Shown one piece after another: positions 27,960-36,831 of a DNA stretch of 64,000 bases. The DNA is from a virus. The stretch lies in the IMG/VR virus record IMGVR_UViG_3300009788_000087. One strand, written 5' to 3'. The notes beneath the pieces are model-generated. The model saw only the letters and a program-made list of their open reading frames with translations, was not told the DNA's origin and did not search any database. Made by a program: the position numbers and the translations under genes. Position 1 is the first letter of the stretch. Every line of letters begins with the position of its first letter.

Positions 27960-28818
27960 CTTCTTCTAATCCCAAATTGACAGGATCCTTTTCATTCCAA
28001 TTTCGAAGTGCGTAATCAATGAATGGAGCTACTTTATCAATTCCAGGTCCCCAGCTGAGATGTGGATAATCCATGTTTGCTATTGTAAGTATAGCAACGA
28101 GCTTTCCTTTGTAGTAAACACCTGATCCACTCATACCAGATGTTACAGGAATAGAAGTGTGGTAAAACCCGCTATATCCAAGAATTGTGCTCTTGTTGAT
28201 ACCTGAAAAGAACCCATAGACGACATTTACATCATCTGCTCCCCAATTTCCCTTTGGAGCTCCAGCAGTCAATAGGTATGCTTGTCTTGGAGGGTGGGAC
28301 GTCGCCACGATAGCTGGTTCACCAGCGAGTCCTGTAGTTTCCATTGCACAGATATCATTTGCAATATCTCTATAAAGCACTCTTGCTTTCAGTTTTCTCC
28401 CATCAACAGTCACGATATATTTTGCTATAGAAAGCACAATTCCTTCATTAACCAGATCTCCAACACTGAATGCATTAACACATACGTGACTAGCGGTCAA
28501 TATTAGGCTCTCATTTACATCTTCATCAAGAGCAATAACTGTCCCCGTTCCTGACGATCCGACAATTGATTTATCTAGACCAAGTATGGTTAAGTCTTCT
28601 ATGATAAAAACCGCATGTGAAACAAGTGCTCGACGTTCTGCAGCATCTTTGTCAAACGATCCAATTGGATCTTCATGTGGCATCGTTATCGGCTGGATGT
28701 TTATCACATCCGGCTCGAATTCTATTGTAGCTTCTTCCTGTGTAGCTCGATACTCTCTAGAAGAGAGCAGAAATGCCACGCCACAAATAATAATCCAGTA
28801 TTTCAACCATCTAAGCAC
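27949..28818 (-). CDS. Trypsin-like serine protease with N-terminal hydrophobic anchor
   Basis: LTASHVC (His), NDIC (Asp), GMSGSGV (Ser). Confidence 0.85.
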   Translation of the reverse strand: MLRWLKYWIIICGVAFLLSSREYRATQEEATIEFEPDVINIQPITMPHEDPIGSFDKDAAERRALVSHAVFIIEDLTILGLDKSIVGSSGTGTVIALDEDVNESLILTASHVCVNAFSVGDLVNEGIVLSIAKYIVTVDGRKLKARVLYRDIANDICAMETTGLAGEPAIVATSHPPRQAYLLTAGAPKGNWGADDVNVVYGFFSGINKSTILGYSGFYHTSIPVTSGMSGSGVYYKGKLVAILTIANMDYPHLSWGPGIDKVAPFIDYALRNWNEKDPVNLGLEEDVN

Positions 28819-28821
28819 CCA

Positions 28822-29331
28822 TTAACTCCCACAAGTTGACGGATCAACTGGGTGGGAATTATCAATGAATTGAGCGGAATCACTATGTATTTGCATTTGA
28901 CCCTCACGTGATGGTGTACACCTGCACTGAGTCATGATCTTCTCATTGACCTGACCAAATACAAGCTGTGGCTGCGTGACTGATGTTATCTCAAACACTA
29001 CTTGACCAAACTCAATGAAGTCACCTTCTTTTGGTGAAACATTCCTGCCGATAAGTTCATCTGTGTGGAAATAAACATCAAGACTGTATTTTGAATCTAG
29101 TGTAAACTGTGTCGTATCGACGCCTGGATTGTCATAATTGACCAAAGCATTGATTTTCACAGGACTAAACCATATCTTATTTATGCTTTCCTGATACAAC
29201 CTGTGTGAGACAGTGTGTTCTTCAGAGATTGCGTAGTAGATGACCTCTTGACCAACAAAGTTCTGGATGAGTTCTTTGTTTATCTTCGATATAAAATCGA
29301 GCTCTTTCGATGTTATGAATTTTCTAGAGAT
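28822..29331 (-). CDS. Neck protein (gp14-like), apparent ATC start
   Basis: Frame opens after TGA at ~29350; SRKFITSKELDFISKINKELIQNFVGQEVIYY is continuous with the track ORF; PKEGDFIEFG; GGAGG 8 nt before ATC 29331. Confidence 0.65.
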   Translation of the reverse strand: MSRKFITSKELDFISKINKELIQNFVGQEVIYYAISEEHTVSHRLYQESINKIWFSPVKINALVNYDNPGVDTTQFTLDSKYSLDVYFHTDELIGRNVSPKEGDFIEFGQVVFEITSVTQPQLVFGQVNEKIMTQCRCTPSREGQMQIHSDSAQFIDNSHPVDPSTCGS

Positions 29332-29705
29332 TGTTCTGGCCTCCGTATATCAAAAATTGATCCAGGTTCTTCAATATCGACATCAACGATTGTCGCTAAT
29401 TTATATGCAAGAGCTCCAATATCTTGCTGTGATATTTTCATTAACATGTGTGGTTTACCGGTTGCGCCAGCATCATAAAAGAAACCCTTAAGGCCTTTTT
29501 CGAGTTCATCAATAACAACATCAATATCATTATGCTCACGATGAATATCATTAATCAAATCTACTGTAGATTGCTTCAGATCATCTACTATCTCATGGTT
29601 AACATCACCTCGTCGATTTTTAACCCATGTATCGATCACGTCATCTACAATTGTAGATATTTCATCGTTTTCACAAAGTTTATATACTTCAGTAAGTCTA
29701 ATCAT
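29313..29705 (-). CDS. Hypothetical protein with leader MIRLTEVYKLCE
   Basis: ATG 29705 overlaps the end of the upstream gene; leader family. Confidence 0.55.
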   Translation of the reverse strand: MIRLTEVYKLCENDEISTIVDDVIDTWVKNRRGDVNHEIVDDLKQSTVDLINDIHREHNDIDVVIDELEKGLKGFFYDAGATGKPHMLMKISQQDIGALAYKLATIVDVDIEEPGSIFDIRRPEQSLENS

Positions 29706-30234
29706 CACGCTCCCACCATCCAATGAGCTCGCCGCCCGCACCAGTATCTGGTGTATTGAATGCCGCAACTTCCATATCAAAACCTTCCAGCATTTCTTTT
29801 GTGACTGTCACTGCATGTTCTTCACGATCATTTCCATATGATGCCTTCTGCGGACATAAGCCCCACGGACATCCGTATATGATCCTCTTCACATTTTTCT
29901 TCAACATTTTGGTAACTTCACCGAGCCATTCTTCATTGAGAGCATGCTCAGGACCGTGATCCCAGTGTACAGTGTGCCACTCATCTTTCTCAAACATCTT
30001 ATGCAAGTCTGCGATGTCACCGAGATGTTTTTCAATACCTTCTACATCAAATTGAGCCAGATTAGGTTTGAATATCTCAAGTAGACCGATCCTCTCCGCA
30101 CCGAGCTTCTTTGCATAGTCTACCCAGTGGAGATATGATCCCTTTCTCCATCCGACATATAGGAATGAAGAAGTAGGAGTAAATTTTTCTACGCTATTGT
30201 CCAACCAATCGTATGCTGGTTTATTGTGTGGCAT
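29698..30234 (-). CDS. Class I SAM-dependent methyltransferase-like protein
   Basis: FLYVGW..LLEIF..LGDIADL..VHWDHGPEHA resembles a Rossmann MTase layout. Confidence 0.5.
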   Translation of the reverse strand: MPHNKPAYDWLDNSVEKFTPTSSFLYVGWRKGSYLHWVDYAKKLGAERIGLLEIFKPNLAQFDVEGIEKHLGDIADLHKMFEKDEWHTVHWDHGPEHALNEEWLGEVTKMLKKNVKRIIYGCPWGLCPQKASYGNDREEHAVTVTKEMLEGFDMEVAAFNTPDTGAGGELIGWWERDD

Positions 30235-30239
30235 TATTT

Positions 30240-31382
30240 CTATCCTACGTAAATTCCTAATGGCACCTGAGCCAACTGCCTATTCAAGTTTTCTGCCACC
30301 TCTGCTTCACGTGCAGCTATATTTTGATATGTCGTATCTTCCAAGAACTCTCTTATCTCTGACCTAAGTCTTTCCTGTTCAGTCCTTGCATCTGAAATAA
30401 GCTCTGGACCGTTCAAAGTGAGGTCACCGTTTGGAATCGGGATCGTGGAAATCTTTGAACGAATCTCACCTAACACTTCTTTCGATAATGCGTGAGTCAT
30501 CTTCCAAATCCACGACCTTGAAATAGAATTCAAGTTGCAGTATTCAATGTTACTAAACGGTACATTCGATACGTTTGAAACCCCGTCGAGCTGTGCATCA
30601 TCATAGTCCGGAACATAAGGGTCTTTCGGCAACCAGTATGTAAAGTGGATTCGTGTTGCATTTGTCGGAGTCGGATACATCTTAATCACGTTGTTATTGA
30701 TATCGTAACTAAACTGTGATCTCCTAACTCTATTGGATGTTTCAAACTGCATTCCGCGAAGGATATCTTCCCAGACAGGAAGGAGATAGAATATAGTCTC
30801 AGGTGTGAATGACTCAAAGCTGAACTGATTATTCAGGAAGTTAACTGCAGACGTCGTACCGAAGAATCTATACTGCGTTAGTGGACTGAAGTGGAAGACT
30901 TCCTTAATCTGTGCTTTTCTTATTCGACCGTCTGATCCTGTGAGTGAGCCCGATATGATGACTTGAATGTCGTAGTCTTGCTGTCCGACCGTCGTTGTGA
31001 AAGAGCCACTGTGTAGCGTAAAAGAACCTCCGACACCAGCAAGCTCTCCGTACGGTTCTGCCTGTCGACGCTGGAATTCAAGAAGATTCTGTGAGTACCT
31101 ATTCTCTTGCCCGCCGCCAGCAACTGATCCAGTAAGAGAACCGGTTGGAGAACCGAGCACACTAGCTGCCACAGATTTATATTGGTACTGGTTAATGTAT
31201 GCACCGTACTCGATTGCTGCTTCTTCGAATGATGAATACACGTCAGACGCACTGAGTTCTACACAGATTTTTGATCCCCCAAGCTTCTTGCGAACCCAGT
31301 TCTCAACTTTGTCTGCGTCATCCTGGAAACAGACGTCACTATCAAAAATACCGAAAGGTGTTGCGCCTACTGTAAATGCCAT
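30240..31382 (-). CDS. Neck/head completion protein (gp13-like)
   Basis: TPFGIFDSD..FQ.DA; KLG..ICVEL; KEVLGEIRSK..IPIPNGDLTLNG. Confidence 0.75.
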   Translation of the reverse strand: MAFTVGATPFGIFDSDVCFQDDADKVENWVRKKLGGSKICVELSASDVYSSFEEAAIEYGAYINQYQYKSVAASVLGSPTGSLTGSVAGGGQENRYSQNLLEFQRRQAEPYGELAGVGGSFTLHSGSFTTTVGQQDYDIQVIISGSLTGSDGRIRKAQIKEVFHFSPLTQYRFFGTTSAVNFLNNQFSFESFTPETIFYLLPVWEDILRGMQFETSNRVRRSQFSYDINNNVIKMYPTPTNATRIHFTYWLPKDPYVPDYDDAQLDGVSNVSNVPFSNIEYCNLNSISRSWIWKMTHALSKEVLGEIRSKISTIPIPNGDLTLNGPELISDARTEQERLRSEIREFLEDTTYQNIAAREAEVAENLNRQLAQVPLGIYVG

Positions 31383-31850
31383 TTATTTTAATCTTCCACC
31401 AAATGGGTCATAACCAAAATCTTTAAGTATCTCAGGTTCTCTACCGAGATGTATGTGACGTTCCCAAGTTTTACCGCCATCAATATCTGGATGTGCTAAG
31501 AATACAAAAACTTCACCTGAGTCCGGGTCAATTACTTCAGTTCTAAACTTCTTTCCACCATGATCCCATAAAGTCACGTCTGTCAATTTTCCAAGATCTA
31601 TACCTTCTTCTTCAATTTTTTCTCCAAAAGCAGTATGTAGCTGATTGCCGACTGTGCGATAGAAGTCGACATTTTGAATCTGCTTACCGTCGGTGGTGGC
31701 ATCTGCATTCCCGACGCCGAGATCTTTTGATGTTAAACCAGCACTTGGAGGAGTCGGTCTTGCACGATGTTTTCCCTTTGGATCTTTAAACTTACCCCAA
31801 GGGAAGTTGGCTTCAAAAATTCGCTTGTATATCTCAGTGAGCTTGATCAT
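31383..31850 (-). CDS. Hypothetical protein with leader MIKLTEIYKRIFEA
   Basis: Shares FPWGKFxDPxGK with 8171..8629. Confidence 0.65.
   Translation of the reverse strand: MIKLTEIYKRIFEANFPWGKFKDPKGKHRARPTPPSAGLTSKDLGVGNADATTDGKQIQNVDFYRTVGNQLHTAFGEKIEEEGIDLGKLTDVTLWDHGGKKFRTEVIDPDSGEVFVFLAHPDIDGGKTWERHIHLGREPEILKDFGYDPFGGRLK
31788..31807. repeat. 20-nt exact repeat, copy 2
   Basis: Identical to 8567-8586. Confidence 0.85.
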
Positions 31851-32206
31851 GGTCCACCCTCCCAAACCTTGTTTCGTTCATCCCACCAAAGATAATCTTC
31901 TCCAATTTCAGATTTCAAATTATCGTTATATGCACGCCACTCACCTGAAAAATCTTCGAATTCCCATTTTGACGCATCTAAATCCATATTTGGATGGCCA
32001 CTCCAATCATTAGCAAACTTGTCTGCAGCTTCTTTTTCTTTTGTTGTAAATTGATCCCATGTAAACACTGGAATCTTATCAGTCGATGATGTACCAGTTG
32101 ATTGTTTTTGTTTTTCCCATGGGTTTGGATCACTAGGTTTTATTGGCTGTTGCTTATCGAAATCCCATTGAAGCGTGGCTTCGTATAATTTGATGAGCTT
32201 GATCAT
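31847..32206 (-). CDS. Hypothetical Trp-rich protein with leader MIKLIKLYEA
   Basis: Start set at ATG 32206; W-rich core loosely resembles 8171..8629. Confidence 0.6.
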   Translation of the reverse strand: MIKLIKLYEATLQWDFDKQQPIKPSDPNPWEKQKQSTGTSSTDKIPVFTWDQFTTKEKEAADKFANDWSGHPNMDLDASKWEFEDFSGEWRAYNDNLKSEIGEDYLWWDERNKVWEGGP

Positions 32207-32210
32207 CTCT

Positions 32211-32588
32211 CTACTTAAATCTCCTCTCGAATGCGCCGAGTTCCCTGAGGAACACACGCCACTCACGAAGCACTCTTCCCATAGCGTGTGACTCTGCTGT
32301 ATTGTAAGCTCTCTTGTCCTCTCTAAGGGCCACATCCTCAAGGATATCCTGCACTGTCTCATTGAGCTTGCAAGCCATCTCGCTGAGCTCCAGTTTCACT
32401 CGTGAGCCATGAGCCAGCTCCGCCACATACTGCCCAAACTTGCCGGAAGATTCGGTCTTATTGTGGTCGACCTTCTCCTTCGGTGACATCATTCCTGAGG
32501 GTTGTTCTGCAGCTCCTTGCATGCCCTTGATGTCTTCCGGGTCAATTTCAACAGAGATCTTAAATGCTTCTGTTAATCGTGTTCTCAT
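32211..32588 (-). CDS. Hypothetical protein with leader MRTRLTEA
   Basis: Coupled ORF downstream of the capsid gene. Confidence 0.55.
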   Translation of the reverse strand: MRTRLTEAFKISVEIDPEDIKGMQGAAEQPSGMMSPKEKVDHNKTESSGKFGQYVAELAHGSRVKLELSEMACKLNETVQDILEDVALREDKRAYNTAESHAMGRVLREWRVFLRELGAFERRFK

Positions 32589-33028
32589 TTTTGTTCTCTC
32601 GCTTGAGCACTTCGTTTAAATTCTCTGCCCAGTTCATTTACAAATCGATAATCCAAGTCTCTAACAAAATTAGCTATTGATTGTTTTTCACGTGTGGCTG
32701 TTGCAAAGGCTTCCAGTATCCATGTAGCAGCATATTTTGCTTTGAGGTTGTACCATTTTTCAGGACCGTCATATACTAACCATGCTTTATCTGCTGTCCT
32801 AAGTTTTAAATCCTGAACAGTTTGATCAAGATACTCTGAACCGTCTATATCTCTGCCTTCTCCGTATGCTTCCACTGAATCAGCAAGAAGTGTTATCAGT
32901 ATCTCTCTTCCGTTGGACCATTTCTTTAGATGTACACTGTTGGGATCGACATACTGATTAACAAGCTTCTCTATTCTTTTTGTTGTAATGTCTGACGCTT
33001 CAAGAAGATATAGACTTGTTAGTTTCAC
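32585..33028 (-). CDS. Hypothetical protein with leader MKLTSLYLLEA
   Basis: Leader family. Confidence 0.6.
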   Translation of the reverse strand: MKLTSLYLLEASDITTKRIEKLVNQYVDPNSVHLKKWSNGREILITLLADSVEAYGEGRDIDGSEYLDQTVQDLKLRTADKAWLVYDGPEKWYNLKAKYAATWILEAFATATREKQSIANFVRDLDYRFVNELGREFKRSAQAREQK

Positions 33029-33030
33029 TC

Positions 33031-33405
33031 TTATCTCGGTGTCTTTCCTACAACGCCAAGCAATTGCTTAAACTTCTGCTGCACTACGTCATCGACCCCT
33101 GCATGATCCAAGATAACAATTGCGAGCTGAATGAGCTCATGTTCGTTCATGTCCCTGACAATTGGACTCTTAAACATCAGCTTAATTGCTTTATCGATGC
33201 GTGTGCCATGATTGTCGGCATCTTTGCCAAAATCTTTGTTAGCATCCTTATTGACATCTTTATCAGCTTCTTCTTCTTCTTCTTCTACGATTCGAAACAC
33301 TTCATTCAATTTCATACCACAAACCTCCGCCGTTGTTTTAAATATGGGTTCGTAAGATCTTGTGTCTTCGGGCAAAAAAATGGTGCCGTCCGAAGACGGC
33401 ACCAT
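33031..33405 (-). CDS. Hypothetical acidic protein (possible alternative start 33315, MKLNEVFRIVEE)
   Basis: Directly follows the capsid gene. Confidence 0.55.
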   Translation of the reverse strand: MVPSSDGTIFLPEDTRSYEPIFKTTAEVCGMKLNEVFRIVEEEEEEADKDVNKDANKDFGKDADNHGTRIDKAIKLMFKSPIVRDMNEHELIQLAIVILDHAGVDDVVQQKFKQLLGVVGKTPR

Positions 33406-33433
33406 TTGATTTAGTACACTCTAGTAACCAGAC

Positions 33434-35152
33434 TTAGATTACGTTGAGGTCCTGCACCTGTACGGTTCCATAAAAGTCGCTTCGAACCAATTTCTTAGCG
33501 TACCTGGTCATCACACCCTTGCGAGGCGTGAAGTCTTCAGGTGCGTAGATCGTCGGAGTGACAATCAATGGCACGTAAGGTGCATACACAAAGCCCGTCT
33601 CGAGGAAGCTACCTCCCTTGTATCCAACAAGAACCTTGTTCCTGATGAAGTACGGATCCTTGTAGACCGTGAACCTGTTGTTCAGGCTACCGACCTTTTC
33701 AGTACCGACGGTGAACTGGCTCTCCTTTGGGTCCATCGAAAGGTTTGGCTTATAGAGCACTGATGCTTCCAGAATCGTGCAGACATCCGGAGATGTGACG
33801 AGGAAGTTAGCTGCTCCACGAAGCGTCTTGCGATGGATGTTGTTTGCGACGTCGATGACTGTCTCGATGAGAGTCTCGTACCACTCGCGAACAGTACCAG
33901 TGAAGGACGCACCAGTTGCGGTGTTGCCCGTGGTCTTATCCAGGAAGTTACCAGGCTTACGTGACCAGAAGAAGTTCGCGCCAGTTGCATTGTATAGCAA
34001 GTCAGCGAGAATTTCGCGGTCGATTTCAAGAGCGATCTGCTCTGAAAGCACCTGAGTAAGCTCAACCTCTGCATCCAAGTTCTGGTATGCAGCGAGGTCC
34101 TGAGCAAGCTCCGGAGTCCAGCGAGCCCTAAGCTTCCTGGTCTCAGCAGTCACACTGACTGACTGGATACGCAGGTCGATTTCTGGGATCGACGGAGTTG
34201 GGCTGGTAGCAAGGTCAGACTCGAAGACCGGGAGGGTCAACGTACCAGAAGTTCCACCTGTGAGGCTAGGATCAATCAGGTAACTGATCTTGATGGCGCC
34301 GTCAACACCGACACCTGCACCACCGAGCTGTGGCAGTGTACCACTTACGATGAATACAACATTATCACCGTCTCTTACCGTGTGGCGCCTGTAGACTACG
34401 ACATCTGCTGTTGCATCTGTACCGAGTCTAATAGGAACACCGTCGCTCGTTGTCGTGAATGACGTTGACGAACCTGACACGGGTACCCAATGCTTCAAGC
34501 CACCGATAGAAACATCAGAACCTGAACCGACTAGAATCGAGCGTGCACTTGTAACAGTGAGCTTGATAAGATTCGTCACTGAACCTGAAAGATCAGGATC
34601 ATGTGCGACGTCTGACAACGATGCAGTTGCTGCAGTGTAGTTGAATGACGCGACTGATACTCTTTCCCTACTTGAGAAGCTCGTACCGAAGTTATAGAAA
34701 CCTCCAGTACCTAGGTTCTCAGTTCCAGGTGCTGTCTGGTCACCGAACAATGAACCACCGACCGTAAAGTCGTCGTTCTTATTGCCGGCCTTGACAGTAT
34801 CAAACCTGTAGTCGAGGTAGAAGAGAAGTCCTGATGGCAGACTCATTGGCTGCACAGAAACGAGCTCGTTCGCGATCAGACCACCGAATACACGGCGTAC
34901 GATTGGGAATGCAACGTTCTGGAAACCGATAATGTCAGCTACCTGTGACTGCTCGTTAAGAAGCTCGCCAGCCATGTTCTCGAGAAGAACGGCCATGTTA
35001 GACTTGTCAGCCTGGTTACGACTGTCGTCTAGACCCTCGAGAAGACCGGTGACGGTCCACTTCTCAACTAGTCTCTTTACCTCAGCTTTACGATCATTCT
35101 TATAAATGTCCTTCGTAAGTGCTGCGAGGTTGAAATTAGCTTGCCTTGGCAT
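33434..35152 (-). CDS. gp23: Major capsid protein
   Basis: KW..TGLLEGL; FPIVRRVF; VSVQPMSLPSGLLFYLD; RKLRARWTPELAQDL; GFVYAPYVPL; PRKGVMTRY; AAGGAG ribosome-binding site. Confidence 0.97.
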   Translation of the reverse strand: MPRQANFNLAALTKDIYKNDRKAEVKRLVEKWTVTGLLEGLDDSRNQADKSNMAVLLENMAGELLNEQSQVADIIGFQNVAFPIVRRVFGGLIANELVSVQPMSLPSGLLFYLDYRFDTVKAGNKNDDFTVGGSLFGDQTAPGTENLGTGGFYNFGTSFSSRERVSVASFNYTAATASLSDVAHDPDLSGSVTNLIKLTVTSARSILVGSGSDVSIGGLKHWVPVSGSSTSFTTTSDGVPIRLGTDATADVVVYRRHTVRDGDNVVFIVSGTLPQLGGAGVGVDGAIKISYLIDPSLTGGTSGTLTLPVFESDLATSPTPSIPEIDLRIQSVSVTAETRKLRARWTPELAQDLAAYQNLDAEVELTQVLSEQIALEIDREILADLLYNATGANFFWSRKPGNFLDKTTGNTATGASFTGTVREWYETLIETVIDVANNIHRKTLRGAANFLVTSPDVCTILEASVLYKPNLSMDPKESQFTVGTEKVGSLNNRFTVYKDPYFIRNKVLVGYKGGSFLETGFVYAPYVPLIVTPTIYAPEDFTPRKGVMTRYAKKLVRSDFYGTVQVQDLNVI

Positions 35153-35187
35153 CTTTTGTATCTCCTTTAAATCTTTCTTTTCAATGT

Positions 35188-36543
35188 TTATGATACGAGG
35201 CCAGCGAGTTCCCTCTGACGTGCGAATTGTGTTCGCATGCTATTTCCATCCACAGATTCCCTGAGGACCTTTTGGTCCGGTGATCCGCTGGTAAGCCTTC
35301 GTTGAGCGTTTGGTCGGTTGCGACGGACTCTTCCTTCATTGAGGTGGAGCGCCGACTTGAACGAAGCCTTGAGAGCCTCGGACACGATGCGTGCTTCCCT
35401 GACATTTGCAGCCTCGTCAATCTTAGAGATGACAAGCTTCTTCTGCTCATTGGTCAAGTTCTTACCGAAATCATTGAGGATTTCGTTTACATGGAGAACC
35501 TTTCTATTGAAGAGGTTAACTTCATGGATTTGCTTCTTTAGTTCCTTGATGACGCCAGCTGCCTGAGCGAACTGTGATTCAAGGTACATGACGTAGCGTG
35601 CAAGCTCCTGGTTTTCCTTGAGACCCTTTTCGATTGCCTCTTTTACCTGGTAGTCCTGCGCCTGCGGTGGCTTGCCCTCTTCCCAAGGCTTATCACTATC
35701 TTCATCGTGAAGACCCTGTGAGTCATTTGCCTTGCGAGGATTCTCAGTTTCCCACTTAGAAGTATTATATGTGTCAGCGTAACCACTCGTTACGTTTGGG
35801 CTCCAATCAACGGAAGTTTCCTGCAGTGCTGCAGCAGACTTCATCACGTTTTCGTAAGCCTTCCTTAGACCTGCTTCGTCGATAGTGATTTCTTCGTCCA
35901 TGTCTTCTTCCTCTGGTGCACCCTTTTTTTCACCGAGTGTAGGTATTTGTGATTCGTCTTCACGATCATATTCTTCTTCATCGCCACCGAAGTCACCACC
36001 ATAGTCACCCATCGGAGGCATGTCACCCATTTCAGGCAGTTCTTCATCGCCGCCCATATGGCCCATTTCGGGCAGTTCTTCGTCACCCATGCCGCCCATC
36101 GGAGGCATGCCGCCCATTTCATATGACATGTCCTGCATAGCATCCATGTCGCCTTCAGCACCGCGACGTGGCATTCCGCCGAGCTCTTCTTCATCACCCA
36201 TTTCGGCAATACCAGGGAACATAGATTCAAGAGACTCTTTCTCGAGTTCCTTCTCGTCCTTCTTACCCTTGTCGTCTTTCTTCTCGGCCATTGTGTCTTC
36301 TCCCTCGAGCTGCTTTCCTTCTTCAAATTCAGGATTTTCGCCTCGGCCCTCTTCTCCTCGACGGACTCGGTCGACATCTTCTGATCTGACAGAATGATTG
36401 ATATGCCTCTCGACGAGATTTCGAATAGATGAAGACATCTCCTCGACGAGCTTCTGTTTCGCAACCTCAACGGCTGCATTCTTAACCTGTTGCGCGTCTG
36501 CCACAGCTTCTTTAACGATGTTTCTACCGCTAGCTCCCATCAT
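35188..36543 (-). CDS. Prohead scaffolding/core protein (gp22-like)
   Basis: IVKEAVADA; acidic middle; EVNLFNRKVLHVN; immediately upstream of the capsid gene. Confidence 0.75.
   Translation of the reverse strand: MMGASGRNIVKEAVADAQQVKNAAVEVAKQKLVEEMSSSIRNLVERHINHSVRSEDVDRVRRGEEGRGENPEFEEGKQLEGEDTMAEKKDDKGKKDEKELEKESLESMFPGIAEMGDEEELGGMPRRGAEGDMDAMQDMSYEMGGMPPMGGMGDEELPEMGHMGGDEELPEMGDMPPMGDYGGDFGGDEEEYDREDESQIPTLGEKKGAPEEEDMDEEITIDEAGLRKAYENVMKSAAALQETSVDWSPNVTSGYADTYNTSKWETENPRKANDSQGLHDEDSDKPWEEGKPPQAQDYQVKEAIEKGLKENQELARYVMYLESQFAQAAGVIKELKKQIHEVNLFNRKVLHVNEILNDFGKNLTNEQKKLVISKIDEAANVREARIVSEALKASFKSALHLNEGRVRRNRPNAQRRLTSGSPDQKVLRESVDGNSMRTQFARQRELAGLVS
36008..36109 (-). repeat. Coding tandem repeat (DEELPEMG x2, 36 nt apart; MPPMG x2) in the scaffold
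   Basis: cccatttc(a/g)ggcagttcttc at ~36026 and ~36062; cccatcggaggcatg at ~36008 and ~36095. Confidence 0.7.
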
Positions 36544-36572
36544 TGATCTCCATTGACCTAATGAATCTACAA

Positions 36573-36579
36573 CTAAATA
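36573..36579 (-). promoter_or_regulatory. Candidate late-promoter motif TATTTAG
   Basis: About 30 nt upstream of the scaffold ATG. Confidence 0.5.
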
Positions 36580-36608
36580 ATGTAAGACTTTCTTTTCAAA
36601 CTATTTTT

Positions 36609-36830
36609 CTACTTTCTAACGTTATTTCTTGCAGTCCATTTCGCCTTTTCTTTCTTACGTCTTCTAATAACGGATGGTTTCTCGAAGTATGCCCTGTGAG
36701 TTACCTCTTTAAGTATTCCATTGTCTCTCACTAGCTTTGCGAAGCGCTTAATCATACGATCTGTAGCTTCATTCTTACGAGGGGTAACTTCAAGGTGTTT
36801 AATCAGGACAGCATCTCCGGGTGGTTTCAT
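36609..36830 (-). CDS. rpsU: Ribosomal protein bS21
   Basis: V..RKNEATDRMIKRFAKLVRDNGILKEV..RAYFEKPSVIRRRKK. Confidence 0.9.
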   Translation of the reverse strand: MKPPGDAVLIKHLEVTPRKNEATDRMIKRFAKLVRDNGILKEVTHRAYFEKPSVIRRRKKEKAKWTARNNVRK

Positions 36831-36831
36831 G

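Noticed and set aside
29313-32362. Track start codons at 29780, 31865 and 32362 (also 10552, 8186, 37443, 36863)
   Set aside because: They create long overlaps with upstream genes; downstream ATGs give tight coupling and the shared leader
36008-36109. CRISPR-like repeat
   Set aside because: Only two imperfect in-frame copies inside the scaffold CDS; a coding low-complexity repeat
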